DNA from: Histomonas meleagridis 2922-C6/04-290x | Taxonomy: Eukaryota; Protista; Parabasalia | Length of the DNA stretch: 64,000 bases | Direction of reading: 5' to 3' | Assembly: GCA_020184695.1 (NCBI GenBank) | Contig: JAANOX010000011.1 | Location: forward strand, 620,001-684,000 | Made by a program: the position numbers and the translations under genes | Notes under the pieces: model-generated | What the model saw: only the letters and a program-made list of their open reading frames with translations | The model's database searches: none | Told to the model about the DNA's origin: nothing | Shown: piece by piece, positions 56,780 through 64,000 of the stretch | Layout: each line of letters starts with the position of its first letter | Numbering within the stretch: position 1 is the first letter of the stretch

Positions 56780-59128
56780 ATGACTGGTGTTGAAGATGTT
56801 CTCTTAAGGATCAAAGAATTCTGTATTTCTCGTTCAATTGACTTCGAGAGTGAACTCATGACATACGATCGAAGTAAAGATCAAACGATTTCTACTGTTT
56901 CTTTACATAGATGGATTGCTTCAATTGGAATCAATCTTACAAATCGTAGCATTCAACTTTTAATGGTAACTTTTAAGAAAGGCAATGGAGTTGATGTTCG
57001 TGGTTTAATTGATGGTATAGCAAATTCCAGTGAATCTAATATTCAAACCAGACAAGCAGATTGTTCCAAAGATCTTAAAGAGATAGTTCAAGAACTTGCA
57101 CGACGTCGTCAAAATCTTCGTGATATATTAGGTCCATACGATCGACGAAATGTCGGTAAAGTTACTATCTTTAACTTTTATCGATGTCTTGGAGAAAGCC
57201 CTTCAACACGTTCCATTGTCAATTGTTATTCAGATGGCACAGATGTCAATTATTTCAAATTAGAACGTGATCTCCAAGAAGCATCCAAACACATTGACAC
57301 CGTCAAACTATCCATTCCTGAACCCACAGATGCATTTGTATCATTAGCCACCTTTATTAAGACACATGAGATAGATCCACATATCGTATTTTCCGAAGTT
57401 GATCGACTTAACACAGGCCGTATGTCCAAACGTCAATTTTATTCCACCATATCATCCATGGGCGCACGAATTCCACCATCAGGCTACAAAGAAATTGCTC
57501 AAAGTTTTGAAGAGAACGGAATGTGTAACTATAAACTCTTTATTCAAGCCGTAGAACAGTTCCAACCACCTCCTCCACGTACAGTTCGTGCCCGGGGCGA
57601 AGTACCACAAGAATTGCGCGAGGCCGAAAGTCCCGAAACGTTATTACGTAACATCCGCGAGATCATTCATAGCCGTCGTATTGATGCACGTTCATATTTT
57701 GTTATTAATGATAATGAAGACGAGATTACATTTAATCAATTTTCACGTGGAATAACTTCGATGAAATTAGACTTACAACCTGAAGAAATCGAAATCATTT
57801 CGAACCAATTTAAAGGCAAATATGGAAACATTCGGATCAATGATTTCATAAATTCGGTAAATCCACCACGAAAAATGGAGGAAGTTAATGTTGATGAAGT
57901 TCTTGAACGCTTACGTAAGTATTTATATGAAACTAAGCAACAATTATCACCATCAATTCGACGATTTGATCGTGAAGGAAGTGGTACAGTATCAGTGCAA
58001 CAACTTATTTCATCTCTAAAATTCATAAATTTCGAAATTACATCACAAGAAATCGCGGCATTACGAGATGCTTTTTCAAGTAATGTTCGCGGTAATATAA
58101 ATTGGAAATTATTATGTAACAAATGCGATCCAAATATCGAACAAATTAAGCCAAACACTAAAAACCAATTTGAAGAATCAGAGAAATTATATAAACAAAA
58201 GTTATACACACAACCACCTGATAACATCTTACAAATCTTATATAAACTTTATGATGTTATTGACGCGAAAAGTATTGACGTATATTCGGAAATTAGAATT
58301 CATGATAAATATCGAAGAGGTACAATTAACCAACAAAACTTTTTGAACTTCATTTTCTCATTACAAATACAAATCCCTTCAAATGAATTACGTTCATTAG
58401 TATCGTATTATCGCGATTCAGGAAATCCCGAAATTAATTATGAACATTTCATTTATGACTTATCAAGAGTGACTGAGATTAGGAAGAATCAAAAAGAAAA
58501 AGAAATCGAACAACGAAAGATTAAATCAACTGAAATCAAAACGCCGGAATTAAAGCCAATTATACATCAATTCATTAAACGTTTTAAGAACTTTGCACAT
58601 CAAATAATGTTAGATCCAATCACTATATTTTATCCTTATGACATATATAAAAATGGTACAATATTAAAGTTCAAAGTGTTTAATTGTTTCTCGTCAGTAA
58701 ACTTCGAATTCTCTCATAATGAAATCGAAGAATTAATTTCGGCGTTTCAAGATATTAAGAAAAATGAATTATTTAATTATAAATTGTTCTTAAAAGCTTA
58801 TGAAGAAGAAGATATTACAAGTGAAGAAAGTAAGGCAACTCTAACTAATAACCCAATATCGGCGGATATTAATAGTATAGCAATAATCGCATGTTGCCAA
58901 ATTAGAGAAAAGTTGTTGGCAAGACATAGGAATATCGAAATGATATTCAAGGATGTAAATAGTCGGTTAATCCCTTCAAGTGACTTCCAAAAAAGACTAT
59001 TGTCAATAGACGTGGTCTTAAGAGCGACTCAAATACAAGCACTTGTAAGGAAATATAGAGTCGATATGAATGATTCAATTGATTGGAAAGCTTTTTGTAA
59101 TGACGTTAACCAAAGTAAAACAATTTGA
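56780..59128 (+). CDS. Multi-EF-hand protein
   Basis: Repeated degenerate EF loops (YDRSKDQTIS, DRLNTGRMS, FDREGSGTVS, DKYRRGTIN). Confidence 0.8.
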   Translation: MTGVEDVLLRIKEFCISRSIDFESELMTYDRSKDQTISTVSLHRWIASIGINLTNRSIQLLMVTFKKGNGVDVRGLIDGIANSSESNIQTRQADCSKDLKEIVQELARRRQNLRDILGPYDRRNVGKVTIFNFYRCLGESPSTRSIVNCYSDGTDVNYFKLERDLQEASKHIDTVKLSIPEPTDAFVSLATFIKTHEIDPHIVFSEVDRLNTGRMSKRQFYSTISSMGARIPPSGYKEIAQSFEENGMCNYKLFIQAVEQFQPPPPRTVRARGEVPQELREAESPETLLRNIREIIHSRRIDARSYFVINDNEDEITFNQFSRGITSMKLDLQPEEIEIISNQFKGKYGNIRINDFINSVNPPRKMEEVNVDEVLERLRKYLYETKQQLSPSIRRFDREGSGTVSVQQLISSLKFINFEITSQEIAALRDAFSSNVRGNINWKLLCNKCDPNIEQIKPNTKNQFEESEKLYKQKLYTQPPDNILQILYKLYDVIDAKSIDVYSEIRIHDKYRRGTINQQNFLNFIFSLQIQIPSNELRSLVSYYRDSGNPEINYEHFIYDLSRVTEIRKNQKEKEIEQRKIKSTEIKTPELKPIIHQFIKRFKNFAHQIMLDPITIFYPYDIYKNGTILKFKVFNCFSSVNFEFSHNEIEELISAFQDIKKNELFNYKLFLKAYEEEDITSEESKATLTNNPISADINSIAIIACCQIREKLLARHRNIEMIFKDVNSRLIPSSDFQKRLLSIDVVLRATQIQALVRKYRVDMNDSIDWKAFCNDVNQSKTI

Positions 59129-59323
59129 TTTGACTTAAACATTTCTTTTAAAACTGTTTTGTTCCCTTGGAAACGTTGATTTTGGATTTTGTTCCTTTAG
59201 GATAAAACTCGAAATTATGACAATTTTTCTATGCGCGACGATCGGATTCTATTGAATATCGATATTTCCGATTTTGTGTGGTTTACGGTGTTATTTCGCT
59301 TGTAAACAAACCGTTTGGTGCAT

Positions 59324-60649
59324 ATGAGCGAGCAGGTTGTGAAAAAAGGATACCTCTCAAAACAAGGTGGCTTGCTTAAAAGTTGGAAAAAAAGATACTT
59401 CGTTATAAAGGGAAAGAAGCTTTATTTCTATACCAAGCAAGATGGGAAAGAAAAGGGTTCTTTTGATATTCAACAAGCTCAAGTTAATACAATTCACGTA
59501 GATAAAAAACATCATACTTTTAAAGTGGATTTCCCTGGTCGTTCTTTTATACTGGCAGGAAATTCAGACGCTGAAGTTAACGAATGGATATCTGCTTTAA
59601 AGGTTTCGAGTCCAACAACTGCTTCCGCTCCGAAACAAACTTCAAACAAGAAGGTGTCTATCAACGATTTTGAAATAATTAGAGTAATTGGTCGAGGTAC
59701 ATCTGGAAAAGTTCAATTAGTTAGAGGAAAATTTGATAAGCGTCTTTACGCAATGAAATCAATGAGCAAGCGTCTTTTAGCAGAATATGAACAAGTACAA
59801 CAAACTCTTAAAGAAAAAGAAGTGCTTCTCAAATCTCAATATCCATTTCTTGTTTGCGCACATTTCACCTTCCAAACCGAGACCAAAATCTTCATGATCC
59901 TTGACTATGTTCCAGGAGGTGAACTTTTTAATCGTCTAAAAGAAGAAGGCAAATTTGTTGAATCACGTGCTCGACTTTATGCCGCCGAAATCCTTCTAGG
60001 ACTTGGACACCTTCATTCCCTTGGTATATTATACCGAGATCTTAAACCAGAGAATGTTTTAGTTGATGCTGATGGTCATATCAAAATCACAGATTTTGGT
60101 CTTGTCAAAACTAACATGAAAGCTGAGGATACTACGACCACATTCTGTGGCACTGCTGAGTATTTAGCCCCTGAAATGTTACTTCAACAACCATATAACA
60201 AAAATGTCGATTGGTGGTGCTTTGGAGTTCTTCTTTATGAAATGATCACTGGGTTGCCTCCATTCTTTGATGAGAACGCAAATCGTTTGTATCGATCCAT
60301 TTTGAATAATCCTGTAAGTTTTCCTCAATTCGTCTCCCCTGAAGCTAAAGACCTCATCGAGCACCTCCTTGATAAGAACCCTGCCACTAGATTAGGCGCA
60401 AATAATGATGCTGATGAGATTAAGAAACACCCATTTTTCGCACCATTGGACTTCGATAAGGTCTTAAAGAAGGGTTACAAGCCTGAGTGGATACCGCAGA
60501 TTAAGTCGGAAACAGATACTTCAAACTTCGAGCCGGAATATACAAGAGAAGAGGCTATGGTATCAATAGAAGATGAGTCACTGATTGAGGCAGAAACTCA
60601 AAGTGCTTTCTTGGAATTCACTTGCACACAAGAAAACGCTTTCGATTAA
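59324..60649 (+). CDS. PH-domain AGC kinase (Akt/PKB-like)
   Basis: PH domain (GYLSKQGGLLKSWKKRYF), YRDLKPEN, DFG, TFCGTAEYLAPE, turn motif, and hydrophobic motif FLEFT. First ATG is 59324. Confidence 0.93.
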   Translation: MSEQVVKKGYLSKQGGLLKSWKKRYFVIKGKKLYFYTKQDGKEKGSFDIQQAQVNTIHVDKKHHTFKVDFPGRSFILAGNSDAEVNEWISALKVSSPTTASAPKQTSNKKVSINDFEIIRVIGRGTSGKVQLVRGKFDKRLYAMKSMSKRLLAEYEQVQQTLKEKEVLLKSQYPFLVCAHFTFQTETKIFMILDYVPGGELFNRLKEEGKFVESRARLYAAEILLGLGHLHSLGILYRDLKPENVLVDADGHIKITDFGLVKTNMKAEDTTTTFCGTAEYLAPEMLLQQPYNKNVDWWCFGVLLYEMITGLPPFFDENANRLYRSILNNPVSFPQFVSPEAKDLIEHLLDKNPATRLGANNDADEIKKHPFFAPLDFDKVLKKGYKPEWIPQIKSETDTSNFEPEYTREEAMVSIEDESLIEAETQSAFLEFTCTQENAFD

Positions 60650-61760
60650 TTGTTAGTCTTCTGACAATAAAACGTTTTTCGACAAAATTTTGTTGTAATA
60701 TCGGCTCATTGAAAATTGTGTCAAATACTGTAAACAACACAAATTGTATTCAAATTTTGAAATGTGAACGATTAAACAATAAATTTATGAGAAAAAAACT
60801 TAGGAAGCGATTCCTAAACGTTATGTATTTCCATAGCATAACGGTCGTTTCCATTTAATTATTGTATAGTTTATGCTTTCAAATTCTTTAGTTTTATTTT
60901 GATAAGTGACTTTTTACGCCAAATGAAATTAAATCAATAAAATTGAATACAATATGTGCCGTTTTGCATTGATCAAAATTGAATAAAAAAATTGAATTTC
61001 AGAAATGTCATTTTACTCGAATTTGTATATATTTAAAATTGAAAGAATTTTATTATTGTTACAATCATAAACATGTGAACTTTTTCGTGTTATCAAAATT
61101 CAATATTAATATATGAATGCAGCAAAAAATTGTTAATGAATACAGATGAAATATAATATAATGAAAATAATGTTGGATATTAATTCGTATCATTAAATAT
61201 ATGTATGTATCGTATAATAGATATATTTGAATTAATTATATATATTAATAATATATATATATTATTAATGAAATACATAGCATATGTGATATCACATGAT
61301 TATGAATTGTATCTTATATGAAAAAAAAATTAATATCAACAATTACGTTGTCAAATAAATAGTAATTCCTATAAAAAATAAATATGATGAAATAGTTATT
61401 CATCAAATAAATGTATATATATCAGTATATATATTAATAAATTGAAAGATTAACTATATGTAATTATAATATATAATATTATCACTTTGGTTTTCGTTAA
61501 CTTATATAGCAAATAAAAAATTAATATAATTATCACATTAGCAAATATCAACATCTACATTTCTGATATTATTTTGATTTTTTATATAGTTGTGTGAACA
61601 ACACCAAACTACTATTTATTATCGTGTGAACAATATCAAAAAATAAATAAATGATGGTGTAAATTATATTTTTTTATCAGTGAATAAAATAAAGTAAATG
61701 AATTTTTGATTAGCTTTTAATATGATATATGCTAATATCAGTATCATAATAATATATCAA

Positions 61761-61940
61761 TACTATTATATATATTGATACTATTATATATATTATTACT
61801 ATTATATATATTATTACTATTATATATATTATTACGATTATATATATTATTACTATTATATATATTTTTACTATTATATATATTATTACTATTATATATA
61901 TTATTACTATTATATATATTATAACTATTATGTGTATATT
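61761..61940. repeat. Minisatellite, 10 x 18 bp (TACTATTATATATATTAT)
   Basis: Ten consecutive units counted by hand, with few substitutions. Confidence 0.95.
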
Positions 61941-62227
61941 AAAACTATCATATTATATATAGTATAAATACTACGTAGTAGTGTACGTACAATACATTAG
62001 AAATTCGTATTATGGTTATTTATTCATTATATAAAAAACCAAATATCAATATCTACATAATAGATGAGGAACTTTATTTTTGAATTCTTTATTTAATATG
62101 TATATTTATTTTTAGTACATTATATTAACCTTATATGTTGTTAAAGTTCAGAGTGGTTACAAATATTTATATACATAAAATTAGAACGTTATTTTAAAAT
62201 AAAATCAAAAGACGTTTATTAATATTA

Positions 62228-64000
62228 ATGAAGAAGAAACCATGCACCCAAACATTAATAATGGATAGGCTCATGGAAGCATTTGTTGAATGCACAGAAA
62301 TGAACAACAAAATAGTGAGCATCCCATCAGAAGAAACTTCAAATGATAACCATTTTGATTCTTATGCTCTATTAAGCATTTCAGACAAAATAAATTACGA
62401 ATTAAAAAGTTTAGGACTTACAAATCCATCGCCCAAAAATGACGAATGCTATGAAACACCATCCAATTTCATTAACTATTTAAAATACCTTGAAAGGAAG
62501 AAACACCACTGAATTTAATGATTTAAAGACAACAATAAAAGATGAATCAATCAAAAATATTTGCCCATTTTCATGTAGCGATTCGAATCTATATAAGAAA
62601 AATGTCAATGTATATTATATGAAATTCGTATGCAGGTTTCATACAAAGAAATTATATGAATGTCCTGCGACTTTTACAATAGAAATACGAAAAAATATAA
62701 TTTTTTCGATTAACTATGAAAACCTTTATCATTGTCATAGTCTCCGATAATCCTTTCGTAGAAAGCAAGTTTCCCCTTTTAACTTCAAATCAAAAAGAAA
62801 AAATGAAAAAAGAAGCAAGAATTGGAATGCCAACAAATCTCATTCGCCATTTTAATGCACTCAATGTATTGCCTGGACAATTGTATAATATTATTAAAAA
62901 TGATAAAAATAAACAATTCGAAAATGAAATTGAAAACCTTTATCAATATACACAAAAATGTAAGGGAGAATATGACATTATTTGGAAAAATGATAATAAT
63001 AATTAATTTGATAGTCTATTAATGATAAATTCGAGAATAAAATACTTTTCTTATGCAAGAGATATTGTTGTAATAGATGATACTGAATGCACCAATAGAT
63101 TTCATTATCCCTTTTTACTCTTTTATGTATTCGATGAGAATAACAAAGTTCAAATGCTTTCTATATCAATCATGACATCAATAGAAGAAAAAAGTTTCAC
63201 TGAAGTCATGAATTCTTTAAAATTGATTATTACTTCTATTAGAATCTTTATTGTTGATAGATTGATTGCTCAAATAGAGGCAATCATAAAAGTATATTCG
63301 AATTCAATTCTGGTTTATTGTAATTCATATTTCTAGTAATATTGAACATAAAATGGGTAGGAATTCAATGATTAAAAATTTGTTCTGGAAATTTGTCGAT
63401 AAAATAATAACTGAAGATGCATATTTAAACAAATTACAAAATTGAATTCAATTCCATCATTTAAGACATCTCCAAAATTTACTTGATGACCTTCAACATT
63501 ATAATCCTTATTATATAAAAAAAATAGGTATAATAGGTCATTTTACAACTAATGCTGCTGAAGGTAGTTTTGGTAATTTGAAAAAGTGGACAAATCATGA
63601 GTTGCTTCCACTAAAAGAAATTTTATCAATGTTCATAAATGAATCTAAAATTATGATGAATAATCATTGCAAATTAAAGTATAATCAGTTAGATAAAAAA
63701 AATTTATAATGGTAAGAAGCTTGGATTATATGCCATTAATAAAATTCAAAAGAGGATAAATAAATGTGAGAAATTAATAATTAAAGCGTCACACATAGAT
63801 GCAAGCATTGCACAATCTGCATATTATAAATTAGAAAAATGTGACTGTAGAAAAGATTTACCATGTATTCACATTATTAATGAAAGGTTTCATACAAAAA
63901 ATGAAAATGATCATTTAATCTGAGAAGAAGAAATTGAAGATATATACTTCTTTCATGAGATTTCTGAAAATAAACGATCATTTAATTCGACAATTACTGT
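62228..64000 (+). mobile_element. Decayed Mutator-like (MULE) DDE transposase; element continues past the window end
   Basis: Across frames: CRFH…CPA…HCH DNA-binding region, VVIDDTECTNRFHYP (D1), FIVDRLIAQIEAI (D2), a frameshifted C-x-x-H, TTNAAEGSFGNLK (E at 63560) and a SWIM finger CDCRKDLPCIH (63840-63872). Confidence 0.85.

Noticed and set aside
34881-60649. TOR and an Akt-like kinase in the same window as a functional cluster
   Set aside because: They are ~18 kb apart with unrelated genes between, and both families are expanded in parabasalids.

Overview
AT-rich eukaryotic DNA from a parabasalid (Trichomonas/Tritrichomonas/Histomonas-like). Evidence for this: IBP39-type initiator-binding-domain genes, a BspA-like surface protein, a DUF3447-ankyrin gene, M3-like Myb promoter elements, and a GTATGT...CTAAC..AG intron. 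The window holds about 30 compact genes (Hsp90, TOR, IFT20, DNase II, three kinases, Myb, DHHC, RING, SP-RING, UBX, EF-hand, surface proteins and others), one tRNA-Lys(CTT), several frameshifted or decayed genes (importin-like, Sec10, Vps4, Ras-like, IBD) and a decayed Mutator (MULE) transposase at the right end. The standout is the ankyrin gene at 50030-53716. Its 14 C-terminal ankyrin modules are each interrupted, at the same point in the D-x-x-G-x-T beta-turn, by an AT-rich segment of near-fixed length (80 nt in 11, 83 in 2, 81 in 1). These segments have no GT-AG ends and no branch point. The otherwise missing Gly codon sits stranded inside 12 of the 14 segments at a fixed offset, so removing 51 nt and 17 nt rebuilds textbook ankyrin turns. 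A second decayed copy of this architecture lies on the minus strand at 32034-32513, and one of its spacers is exactly 17 nt shorter. This suggests an undescribed non-spliceosomal processing, bypassing or cassette system. All family assignments are by motif recognition; no database searches were run.
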